Shown one piece after another: positions 9,663 to 16,003 of a stretch of DNA of 64,000 bases (its first letter is position 1; every line of letters begins with the position of its first letter). The position numbers were made by a program, and so were the translations under genes. Under the pieces are notes generated by a model. It did no database searches. It saw only the letters and a list, made by a program, of their open reading frames with translations, and was not told where the DNA came from. The DNA is from a virus (Duplodnaviria > Caudoviricetes): the IMG/VR virus record IMGVR_UViG_3300013121_000039, positions 74,311 to 138,310 of that record; one strand, written 5' to 3'.

Positions 9663-10105
9663 TGCAGACGCTCAACCCGGACACTCTGCAACCGGTGGGC
9701 GGGGATGAGCTGAGGCAGCGACAAGGTCGAACGGGGGAGTTGGGGAACGGGAAGACCGTGTTCTGCCAACCCGACCTCTCGGACCCGTACGTCGTGCAGC
9801 ACGTCTCCCGAGTCATGTGCCTCACGACGCCGTACGCCGCCTGCCTGTCCTGTGCCCATCACCGGTTCGAGTACATCTTCGCCGTCCCCCAGCAAGAGGA
9901 CTGGGTGCTCTGCCCGCGCTGGAAGAACGGGGCTGACGGAGGTCCGCCGGACTACTACGTGCCGGTCTGGATGTCGGAGTGCCGTGCTACGCCACACACG
10001 TTCTGCTGTCACTGCCCTGGCAGAGAGGAGCTCGCGGACCTCTCGACGGACAAGCAGAAGGACGGATGGCTGGAGCGGTACAGACGCTTCACCAAGGAGG
10101 AGTAG
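9662..10105 (+). CDS. Cys-rich hypothetical protein
   Basis: Packed ORF with multiple Cys motifs. Confidence 0.65.
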   Translation: MQTLNPDTLQPVGGDELRQRQGRTGELGNGKTVFCQPDLSDPYVVQHVSRVMCLTTPYAACLSCAHHRFEYIFAVPQQEDWVLCPRWKNGADGGPPDYYVPVWMSECRATPHTFCCHCPGREELADLSTDKQKDGWLERYRRFTKEE

Positions 10106-10107
10106 AG

Positions 10108-10431
10108 ATGGTCCTTGAGGGCGACGAGCCCCTCTACGAGCTGAACGAGTCAGAGCTGCTGTGGATGGCTCGTCTTCAGGGGCTCCCGCTTCTTAGGCGA
10201 GGAATTCCGCGCGAGGAGCTCGTGGAACTCGTGTCGGGCAGCAGGGCCGTGGAGGAGAGACACCAAGCAAGCACCAACTACACGAGGGGACGGCTCGAAG
10301 ACTTCGTGCAGGCCAACATCGACCGGCTCCGTGGGCAGCTCCCAGGCTGCAACGGGCTGTGTCGAACCTTCCAGTGCACCGAAGGCAAGCACATGTCGTG
10401 CTTCATGCCGAACGAGGCACTGCTGCTATGA
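10108..10431 (+). CDS. Helix-extension-helix-like domain plus Cys cluster protein
   Basis: LNESELLWMARLQGL...IPREELVELV; CNGLC..C. Confidence 0.6.
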   Translation: MVLEGDEPLYELNESELLWMARLQGLPLLRRGIPREELVELVSGSRAVEERHQASTNYTRGRLEDFVQANIDRLRGQLPGCNGLCRTFQCTEGKHMSCFMPNEALLL

Positions 10432-11696
10432 GCACCTACCAAGAGTGTTTCACCTGTGCGAAGGTGGGGTACTGCTCAAAGACCGACGTGCAGAAGATCT
10501 TGAGGGGGTTTGTCTGCCCACTCTTCGCTCCGGTGACGGAGCCGATCATCATGGCGCGCTGTTCGATGATCGATCAGTACGGCCCCATCCCAGCAGCCCG
10601 CGCCATGCTGCACAGGCCGCCAGACGCGAACCAGGAGGAGCATGTCCAGATGACCTACGACGCCCCGCCAGCCCAGGGGACGACGTACGCTGACCGCCGC
10701 AAGCAGCTCGAAATCATGTCCTTCACCGAGGTGCGCCTTCTCGGCAACAAGCGGTACAAGACTGCCGACGGCCAGCCCGTGTTGGACTGGGACGAGTCTC
10801 TCCAGATCGACAGGAAGTCCCAGTCCATCGAGAAGATCCTCCAGTTCGAGCTCGTGAACGGCATCATCGTCCCCGACAACCAGCAGTCCACCCAACCGCA
10901 AGGAGCAGACCAGATGGCCCAGCAGCCCGTGCCCCCGCAGTTCCCGCCCAACGGCGCCCCCCAGATGCCGCAGGCCTTCCAGCCGCCGGCGCCCGGCGCC
11001 CAGCCGCAGCAGATGCCGATGCCGCCCAACGCCCCGCCCATGCCCCCGCAGATGGCGCCGCCGATGCAGCAGATGGCGCCCCCGCCGATGGGCCCGCCCG
11101 CCTTCCAGCCGCCCCCCGGCTTCGCCCCGCAGGCCGGCCCCGGCCCCATGGGCACCCCGCAGCTCCCGCAGACGGAGGCTCCGGCGCCCCAGGCGGGGGG
11201 CAAGAAGAAGCGGAACTCCGGCGCCGCCGCGGCGCCACCGCCGGCGCCCGCGCCCGGGCCGGGCACGCCCCCGCAGCAGCCCAACGCCCCCATGATGGCC
11301 CCGCCGGCCGGGCCCCCGGCCTTCCAGCCGGGCGGCTTCGCGCCGCCGCAGCAGGGCTTCCAGCAGCCCCAGCAGCCCGGGTTCGCGCCGCCCCAGCAGC
11401 AGGGCTTCGCGCCGCCCCAGGCCGCGCCGCAGCCGGCGCCCCAGGCCGCCGTGGACCTCACCCCGGTCCTCCAGCTCATCGACCAGGTGGGCAAGGCCGT
11501 CAACGCCCTCGGGGCCGCCGAGGGTGAGACCCTGGCGCGCCTGGAGCGGAACCTCCAGGTGCTCACCATCGGCGTCATGCACATCTACGGGTCGCAGACC
11601 CAGCTGATGCAGTGGCTCTCCGGCCAGAACAAGGCCGACGCCGTGCAGGACCCGACGAAGTTCGTCGAGTTCCTCTCCCAGTACCTCCCTCGGTAA
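10428..11696 (+). CDS. Protein with N-terminal Cys domain, long Pro/Gln-rich disordered linker and C-terminal helical domain
   Basis: About 180 aa of P/Q/G/A/M low complexity in the translation. Confidence 0.8.
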   Translation: MSTYQECFTCAKVGYCSKTDVQKILRGFVCPLFAPVTEPIIMARCSMIDQYGPIPAARAMLHRPPDANQEEHVQMTYDAPPAQGTTYADRRKQLEIMSFTEVRLLGNKRYKTADGQPVLDWDESLQIDRKSQSIEKILQFELVNGIIVPDNQQSTQPQGADQMAQQPVPPQFPPNGAPQMPQAFQPPAPGAQPQQMPMPPNAPPMPPQMAPPMQQMAPPPMGPPAFQPPPGFAPQAGPGPMGTPQLPQTEAPAPQAGGKKKRNSGAAAAPPPAPAPGPGTPPQQPNAPMMAPPAGPPAFQPGGFAPPQQGFQQPQQPGFAPPQQQGFAPPQAAPQPAPQAAVDLTPVLQLIDQVGKAVNALGAAEGETLARLERNLQVLTIGVMHIYGSQTQLMQWLSGQNKADAVQDPTKFVEFLSQYLPR

Positions 11697-11773
11697 GGAC
11701 GCCGGCAGCCGCGCCGGAGGGAGTGCCTCCTCCCTCCGGCCGGCGTCCCAATACCATCCCGCCCACGACCCTC

Positions 11774-11929
11774 ATGTCGCTGACCAGCGACCAGACGAAC
11801 GTGATGAGTGACGAGCAGCTCATCGCGTTCCTCGACTTCTACCAGGGCGTGCGGCTGCCTCAGGGCACTCCACGCTCAGTGCTGCTCTCCAAGCTGCACT
11901 CGGTCGCCATCGTCGCGAGGGACTTCTGA
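11774..11929 (+). CDS. Small HeH-like protein (51 aa)
   Basis: MSDEQLIAFL...GVRLPQGTPRSVLLSKL. Confidence 0.45.
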   Translation: MSLTSDQTNVMSDEQLIAFLDFYQGVRLPQGTPRSVLLSKLHSVAIVARDF

Positions 11930-12055
11930 GACGGTGAGAGAACGCGGTTACGAAATCAGGCGTCTCAGTCGCCTGTAGGGACTGCGCCAGGGGCGAGGTC
12001 AACCGCGCGAGATACCTACTCCGCGGCTCCAGCGTGAAGCCACTACCGAGCAGTG

Positions 12056-12096
12056 GAAGCAGGCCTGCGGCGAGTCCCCGGGCCTGCTTCTTTTTT
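12056..12096 (+). terminator. Rho-independent terminator
   Basis: GAAGCAGGCC...GGCCTGCTTC stem followed by T6. Confidence 0.85.
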
Positions 12097-12102
12097 ACCC
12101 AC

Positions 12103-12131
12103 TTGACTCTGCGGAACGTGCTGACTAAGGT
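12103..12131 (+). promoter_or_regulatory. Sigma70-type promoter of tRNA operon
   Basis: TTGACT-N17-TAAGGT. Confidence 0.75.
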
Positions 12132-12140
12132 GCTCCTCGC

Positions 12141-12296
12141 ATGACGCTCTTGTCGCAAACACGGTGGTCGGACTCAGTGGCCGAAAGGGCCCTGCTGTCC
12201 CACGTGTATGCGGCGATGGAGTGCGCCACCCTCGTGGCCTCCAAGCGCGACCCCCAGGCCCAGATCCCGTTCAACGGTAGCAGGCCCGGCCCATAG
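12141..12296 (+). CDS. Putative attenuator leader peptide (51 aa, all 20 amino acids)
   Basis: MTLLSQTRWSDSVAERALLSHVYAAMECATLVASKRDPQAQIPFNGSRPGP; ATG 9 nt after the -10 box. Confidence 0.65.
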   Translation: MTLLSQTRWSDSVAERALLSHVYAAMECATLVASKRDPQAQIPFNGSRPGP

Positions 12297-12364
12297 AAGA
12301 ACCACTCCAGAGTGGACCCCTTCTAGAGGCCGGGCGAGCAAAGGCTCCCCGGCCTCTTCGTTTT
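12284..12364 (+). terminator. Overlapping antiterminator (12284-12335) and terminator (12325-12364)
   Basis: Terminator AGAGGCCGGG/CCCGGCCTCT + TCGTTTT; alternative pairing GCCCGGCC/GGCCGGGC and TAGAAG/CTTCTA. Confidence 0.75.
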
Positions 12365-12398
12365 CCTGAGGAGGCACGGATGAAACGACAACCGACAT

Positions 12399-12470
12399 AG
12401 GTCCCCATGCCCAAGGCTGGCGAGCTGGTCTCCAAAACCGGCTGGGAGGGTTCGATTCCCTCGGGACCTG
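12399..12470 (+). tRNA. tRNA-Trp(CCA), atypical D arm
   Basis: Cloverleaf, loop CTCCAAA, TTCGATT. Confidence 0.85.
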
Positions 12471-12476
12471 CTGTAC

Positions 12477-12550
12477 GCCCTGGTAGCTCAGCTGGTAGCA
12501 GCGCCGCACTCGTAATGCGGAGGTCGCCGGTTCGACTCCGGCTCAGGGCT
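12477..12550 (+). tRNA. tRNA-Thr(CGT)
   Basis: Loop CTCGTAA. Confidence 0.92.
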
Positions 12551-12561
12551 CACAAGAAGAT

Positions 12562-12637
12562 GCGGCTCTAGCTCAGCTGGTAGAGCGCTGCCTTGCCAAG
12601 GCAGAGGTCGCGGGTTCGATTCCCGTGAGCCGCTCCA
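12562..12637 (+). tRNA. tRNA-Gly(GCC)
   Basis: Loop TTGCCAA, CCA end. Confidence 0.95.
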
Positions 12638-12641
12638 GTAC

Positions 12642-12723
12642 GGGGACGTTGACGGTAAGGGTACCGACGCCGGCTGTAAACCGGCTCTCCTTGAGCAACC
12701 TGGTTCGAGTCCAGGCGGCCCCA
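12642..12723 (+). tRNA. tRNA-Tyr(GTA)
   Basis: Loop CTGTAAA, long variable arm. Confidence 0.85.
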
Positions 12724-12737
12724 TTCGCAGCACCGCA

Positions 12738-12749
12738 GTTCTTTGACAA
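12738..12749 (+). promoter_or_regulatory. boxA-like antitermination site
   Basis: GTTCTTTGACAA resembles rrn boxA. Confidence 0.65.
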
Positions 12750-12776
12750 CTGAATCGCAGTGACAGTGAAGATGCA

Positions 12777-12847
12777 GGGACGGGTGCGTCCCACGATGCT
12801 CTGCGCCTGAACTCGTGTCAGGAGCAACATCAGCGCGCACCCGTCCC
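12777..12847 (+). ncRNA. Unassigned long hairpin RNA
   Basis: 12-bp closing stem GGGACGGGTGCG/CGCACCCGTCCC. Confidence 0.45.
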
Positions 12848-12858
12848 AGCAGTACTTC

Positions 12859-12929
12859 GCGTCTCTAGCTCTGGGGAGAGCAGTGGCCTTTTAAGCCGAA
12901 AGAAGTGGGTTCGACTCCCACGGGACGCA
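12859..12929 (+). tRNA. tRNA-Lys(TTT)
   Basis: Loop CTTTTAA. Confidence 0.85.
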
Positions 12930-12934
12930 CACAC

Positions 12935-13010
12935 GCCTGCGTAACTCAACTGGTAGAGTACTCGGCTCTTAACCGAGAAGTTGTGGGTTCGACTCCCTCC
13001 GCAGGTACCA
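12935..13010 (+). tRNA. tRNA-Lys(CTT)
   Basis: Loop CTCTTAA, CCA end. Confidence 0.93.
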
Positions 13011-13013
13011 TCT

Positions 13014-13091
13014 TCCTCGTTGGTGCAGTCAGCTGTTGAGCACGTCGCGCTTGAAGCGCGGAGGCCCTGGCCTTGCGATCAGGACGAGGAG
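13014..13091 (+). ncRNA. Aberrant tRNA-like element (loop CTTGAAG, non-canonical 8-nt T loop)
   Basis: Acceptor TCCTCGT/ACGAGGA, D stem GTGC/GCAC, no TTCG. Confidence 0.55.
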
Positions 13092-13097
13092 CATCAT

Positions 13098-13173
13098 GCG
13101 GCACTAGCTCAGTTGGTAGAGCGTCGGCTTCCCAAGCCGAAGGTCGCGGGTTCGAATCCCGCGTGCCGCTCCA
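13098..13173 (+). tRNA. tRNA-Gly(CCC)
   Basis: Loop TTCCCAA, CCA end. Confidence 0.95.
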
Positions 13174-13177
13174 GCAT

Positions 13178-13252
13178 GCGGGTGTAGCTCAGTGGTAGAG
13201 CTCTGGCCTTCCAAGCCGGGAGTCGACGGTTCGAATCCGTTCACCCGCTCCA
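13178..13252 (+). tRNA. tRNA-Gly(TCC)
   Basis: Loop CTTCCAA, CCA end. Confidence 0.95.
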
Positions 13253-13262
13253 TCTTCTCCGT

Positions 13263-13333
13263 ACCCGGGTAGCTTAATGGCAGAGCTCCAGCCTATGAAG
13301 CTGGCGATGCGGCTTCGAGACCCGCCCTGGGGG
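13263..13333 (+). tRNA. Atypical tRNA with ATG anticodon (His codon box), embedded in a larger structure
   Basis: CCAGC-CTATGAA-GCTGG; imperfect T stem and acceptor. Confidence 0.55.
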
Positions 13334-13497
13334 AGATCGTCGTGAGGGGTACTGAACCCCAATCGGCTACGGAGAGTACCGGGTCGCGAGGCCCGGGCAG
13401 GCCCTCCTCGATGAGTGGGGAGGTGGAAGATGCAGGGCCATCGGGGCCCGAGCCTCTGCCATGTCGGTGAGATCCCGGCCGCCTGACACAAGTTCGC

Positions 13498-13571
13498 AGA
13501 GGAGTCGTCCAACGGCAGGACGCTGGTCTTTGGAGCCAGCTATCTCGGTTCGAATCCGAGCTCCTCTTCCA
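13498..13571 (+). tRNA. tRNA-Gln(TTG)
   Basis: Loop CTTTGGA, CCA end. Confidence 0.93.
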
Positions 13572-13577
13572 CTTCGC

Positions 13578-13652
13578 AGGGGTGTAGTTCAACGGCAGAA
13601 CGTCTGGCTCTGGACCAGAAAGTTGAAGGTTCGAATCCTTCCACCCCTTCCA
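13578..13652 (+). tRNA. tRNA-Gln(CTG)
   Basis: Loop CTCTGGA, CCA end. Confidence 0.93.
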
Positions 13653-13656
13653 CCTT

Positions 13657-13732
13657 GCCGGCGTAGCTCAGTTGGCAGAGCAGCCGCCTTGTAAGCGGCA
13701 GGTCGCGAGTCCGACTCTCGCCGCCGGCTCCA
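13657..13732 (+). tRNA. tRNA-Thr(TGT)
   Basis: Loop CTTGTAA, CCA end. Confidence 0.93.
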
Positions 13733-13741
13733 TCTTCACAT

Positions 13742-13814
13742 TCCGGGGTAGCTCAACTGGCAGAGCGGGCGGCTGTTAACCGTCAGGTTGGGGGTTCGAA
13801 TCCCTCCTCCGGAG
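13742..13814 (+). tRNA. tRNA-Asn(GTT)
   Basis: Loop CTGTTAA. Confidence 0.95.
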
Positions 13815-13820
13815 CTTCAT

Positions 13821-13895
13821 GAGTCGCAAGTCATCGAGGGATGGCCGCGGTCTGCAACACCGCAGAGCGGAGTTCGACTCTCCGGCGACTCTCCA
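13821..13895 (+). tRNA. tRNA-Cys(GCA)
   Basis: Loop CTGCAAC, CCA end. Confidence 0.88.
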
Positions 13896-13899
13896 GTAC

Positions 13900-13974
13900 G
13901 GCCCTGTCTTCTAGCGGTAGGAAGCCGGACTCTCAATCCGGTAACGGCGGGTTCGATTCCCCCCAGGGTCACCA
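13900..13974 (+). tRNA. tRNA-Glu(CTC)
   Basis: Loop CTCTCAA, CCA end. Confidence 0.92.
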
Positions 13975-13979
13975 CTCAC

Positions 13980-14052
13980 GTCGCGTTCGTCCAGGGGCCA
14001 AGGACGCTGGCCTTTCAAGCCGGAAACGCGGGTTCGAATCCCGCACGCGATA
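13980..14052 (+). tRNA. tRNA-Glu(TTC)
   Basis: Loop CTTTCAA. Confidence 0.92.
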
Positions 14053-14055
14053 CTT

Positions 14056-14129
14056 CGGGGTGTAGCGCAGCCTGGTAGCGCGCCTGCCTTGGGCGCAGGA
14101 GGTCGCGGGTCCGAATCCCGCCACCCCGA
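14056..14129 (+). tRNA. tRNA-Pro(TGG)
   Basis: Loop CTTGGGC. Confidence 0.92.
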
Positions 14130-14192
14130 CTCGTATTTTAGGTTCAGGCCCGAAGCTAAAATAAGGGGCCGACCTGTGATGGCTTACTTCAA

Positions 14193-14266
14193 CAGCGTGT
14201 AGCTCAGCTTGGTAGAGCACCAGCTTGGGGTGCTGGGGGCCGGAGGTTCAAATCCTCTCACGCTGA
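14193..14266 (+). tRNA. tRNA-Pro(GGG)
   Basis: Loop TTGGGGT. Confidence 0.92.
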
Positions 14267-14272
14267 CTTCTT

Positions 14273-14346
14273 CGGGGTGTAGCTCAGACTGGTAGAGCGC
14301 ACGGTTCGGGACCGTGAGGTCGCTGGTTCGATTCCAGTCACCCCGA
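14273..14346 (+). tRNA. tRNA-Pro(CGG)
   Basis: Loop TTCGGGA. Confidence 0.93.
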
Positions 14347-14354
14347 CTCTTCAT

Positions 14355-14432
14355 CCGCTCGTAGCTCACGTGGCCCAGAGCACCCGCCTGATAAGCGGGA
14401 GGTAGGTGGTTCAAGTCCACCCGAGCGGACCA
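14355..14432 (+). tRNA. tRNA-Ile(GAT)
   Basis: Loop CTGATAA, CCA end. Confidence 0.93.
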
Positions 14433-14439
14433 TCTTCAT

Positions 14440-14514
14440 GGTGATGTTCGTCCAACGGCAGGACATGGGATTGTGGATCCCAGAATGAGAGTTCGACCCT
14501 CTCACATCACCCCA
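14440..14514 (+). tRNA. tRNA-His(GTG)
   Basis: G-1, loop TTGTGGA, CCA end. Confidence 0.92.
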
Positions 14515-14519
14515 TTCAC

Positions 14520-14612
14520 GGGGGACCTCTCCGCAGCGGAGGGTACATGCCCACCGGCTCTTGCGCGCCGACACGGCTAAGGTCCTGGGGTTGAAGTCCC
14601 CGGTCCCCCTCC
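14520..14612 (+). ncRNA. tRNA-like element with remodelled D and anticodon arms
   Basis: Acceptor GGGGGAC/GTCCCCC and T-like arm; interior hairpins non-canonical. Confidence 0.55.
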
Positions 14613-14620
14613 TTCGTCCT

Positions 14621-14695
14621 GGGGTCATCGTTCATCGGTCAGGACACCGGCCTGTCACGCCGGAGAGGCGAGTTCGATTCTCGCTGGCCCCGCCA
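14621..14695 (+). tRNA. tRNA-Asp(GTC)
   Basis: Loop CTGTCAC, CCA end. Confidence 0.94.
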
Positions 14696-14699
14696 TCTT

Positions 14700-14775
14700 G
14701 GAGCGATAGCTCAGCAGGTAGAGCACTGGTCTGAAGAGCCGGGTGTCGCAGGTTCGATTCCTGCTCGCTCCACCA
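14700..14775 (+). tRNA. tRNA-Phe(GAA)
   Basis: Loop CTGAAGA, CCA end. Confidence 0.93.
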
Positions 14776-14777
14776 CC

Positions 14778-14870
14778 CTTCGCAGCAACCTCATGAATCG
14801 CGATGCGGGACCCTACCCCGCCTCTCACGACGACGAGGGCCTCGGTACTTGCGGCCGCGGTGCTGCGAAG
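14778..14870 (+). ncRNA. Unassigned multi-branch structured spacer RNA
   Basis: Closing stem CTTCGCAGCA/TGCTGCGAAG with two inner hairpins. Confidence 0.45.
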
Positions 14871-14877
14871 ACTTCTT

Positions 14878-14950
14878 GGGGCCGTAGCTCAGTTGGGAGA
14901 GCGCCTGCTTCGCACGCAGGAGGTCAAGGGTTCGACTCCCTTCGGTTCCA
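14878..14950 (+). tRNA. tRNA-Ala(CGC)
   Basis: Loop TTCGCAC, G3:U70. Confidence 0.93.
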
Positions 14951-14953
14951 CAT

Positions 14954-15029
14954 GCGCGCGTAGTTCAGTGGCCAGAACGCTGCCTTGACATGGCAGAGAT
15001 CGCCGGTTCGAGTCCGGCCGCGCGTACCA
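14954..15029 (+). tRNA. tRNA-Val(GAC)
   Basis: Loop TTGACAT, CCA end. Confidence 0.93.
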
Positions 15030-15035
15030 CTTCCC

Positions 15036-15111
15036 GGGGCTATAGCTCAGACGGGAGAGCGCCTGGATGGCATCCAGGAGGTCGTCGGTTCGATCCCGAC
15101 TGGCTCCACCA
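15036..15111 (+). tRNA. tRNA-Ala(GGC)
   Basis: Loop ATGGCAT, CCA end. Confidence 0.94.
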
Positions 15112-15117
15112 CTTCAC

Positions 15118-15193
15118 GGGTCCATAGCTCCAACGGGAGAGCAGCGGCTTTGCAAGCCGACGGTTGCCGGTTCGAGTCCGGCTGGATCCACCA
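15118..15193 (+). tRNA. tRNA-Ala(TGC)
   Basis: Loop TTTGCAA, CCA end. Confidence 0.92.
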
Positions 15194-15207
15194 CATCAGG
15201 AGTACGC

Positions 15208-15423
15208 ATGCCGCGGCCGCCAGAGGCTCAAGCCCTCTTCGAAAGGAGCGGGATGTTCTCGACTCACGAGAAGTTGGTCTCCTTCCTCTACGAGCTGATG
15301 AGGGACCACCTTCCCCCAGGAGTCGTCGAGAGGCTCGTCCAGAACAACCAGGAGACTCCGGCGTCGCTGACGAACGGCTACCTGGCGCAGTACGCCAAGG
15401 ACCTCGCCGACCGACTCAAGTAG
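15208..15423 (+). CDS. Small hypothetical protein inside tRNA array
   Basis: AGGAG SD; LVSFLYELMRDHLPPGVVE...NGYLAQYA. Confidence 0.75.
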   Translation: MPRPPEAQALFERSGMFSTHEKLVSFLYELMRDHLPPGVVERLVQNNQETPASLTNGYLAQYAKDLADRLK

Positions 15424-15424
15424 T

Positions 15425-15498
15425 GCCGATGTAGCTCAGAGGCAGAGCACTGCCTTGGTAAGGCAGCGGTCTGGGTTCGACCCCCAGCATCGGCTCCA
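15425..15498 (+). tRNA. tRNA-Thr(GGT)
   Basis: Loop TTGGTAA, CCA end. Confidence 0.92.
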
Positions 15499-15502
15499 TC
15501 AT

Positions 15503-15580
15503 CCGCCCGTAGCTCAGCTGGATCAGAGCGCTTGACTACGAATCAAGAGGCCGGGGGTTCGAATCCCTCCGGGCGGACCA
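15503..15580 (+). tRNA. tRNA-Arg(ACG)
   Basis: Loop CTACGAA, CCA end. Confidence 0.94.
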
Positions 15581-15583
15581 CAT

Positions 15584-15661
15584 GCGTCTGTAGCTCAGAT
15601 GGAAGAGAGCGCTGGCCTCCGAAGCCAGAGGGCGGGGGTTCGAGTCCCTCCAGACGCGCCA
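15584..15661 (+). tRNA. tRNA-Arg(CCG)
   Basis: Loop CTCCGAA, CCA end. Confidence 0.94.
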
Positions 15662-15664
15662 CAT

Positions 15665-15739
15665 GCTCCTGTAGCTCAGGTGGACGAGAGCGGCTGTTTC
15701 CTAAACAGCAGGCCGGGTGTTCGAGTCACCCCAGGAGCA
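15665..15739 (+). tRNA. tRNA-Arg(CCT)
   Basis: Loop TTCCTAA. Confidence 0.92.
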
Positions 15740-15745
15740 CTTCAC

Positions 15746-15827
15746 TGCGGGATCGTCTAGTGGCCATGACACCGGGCTCATAACCCGGGGGCGAAAGCCA
15801 TCGTGGGTTCGAGTCCCACTCCCGCAA
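15746..15827 (+). tRNA. tRNA-Met(CAT), initiator-like, with long variable arm
   Basis: CCGGG-CTCATAA-CCCGG; variable hairpin GGC-GAAA-GCC. Confidence 0.85.
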
Positions 15828-15830
15828 CAT

Positions 15831-15906
15831 GCACGCCGAGGTAGCTGGAGACACCGCCTCTCTCACACGGAGGACTTGCTGGGTTCGATCCCCAGGGCGT
15901 GCACCA
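15831..15906 (+). tRNA. tRNA-Val(CAC)
   Basis: Loop CTCACAC, CCA end. Confidence 0.85.
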
Positions 15907-15913
15907 TCTTCAT

Positions 15914-15998
15914 GTCCAGGTGGCGGAACTGGTAGACGCACCAGCTTGAGGGGCTGGCGGGTAACACCGTGCGGGTTCGATTCCCGCCCTGGACACCA
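15914..15998 (+). tRNA. tRNA-Leu(GAG)
   Basis: Loop TTGAGGG, CCA end. Confidence 0.94.
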
Positions 15999-16003
15999 TC
16001 TTC

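Noticed and set aside
10917-11450. Tandem DNA repeat or mobile element in the very GC-rich stretch
   Set aside because: Explained by codons of the Pro/Gln-rich protein linker; no discrete repeat unit or element ends.
12212-12243. GGCGATGGAGTGCGCC resembles the 5' half of a fluoride riboswitch
   Set aside because: The 3' conserved UAAUGAC element and intervening stem are missing, and no fluoride-related gene follows.
14520-14612. tmRNA call for the GGGGG-starting element
   Set aside because: Too short, no tag ORF, no G3:U70 pair.
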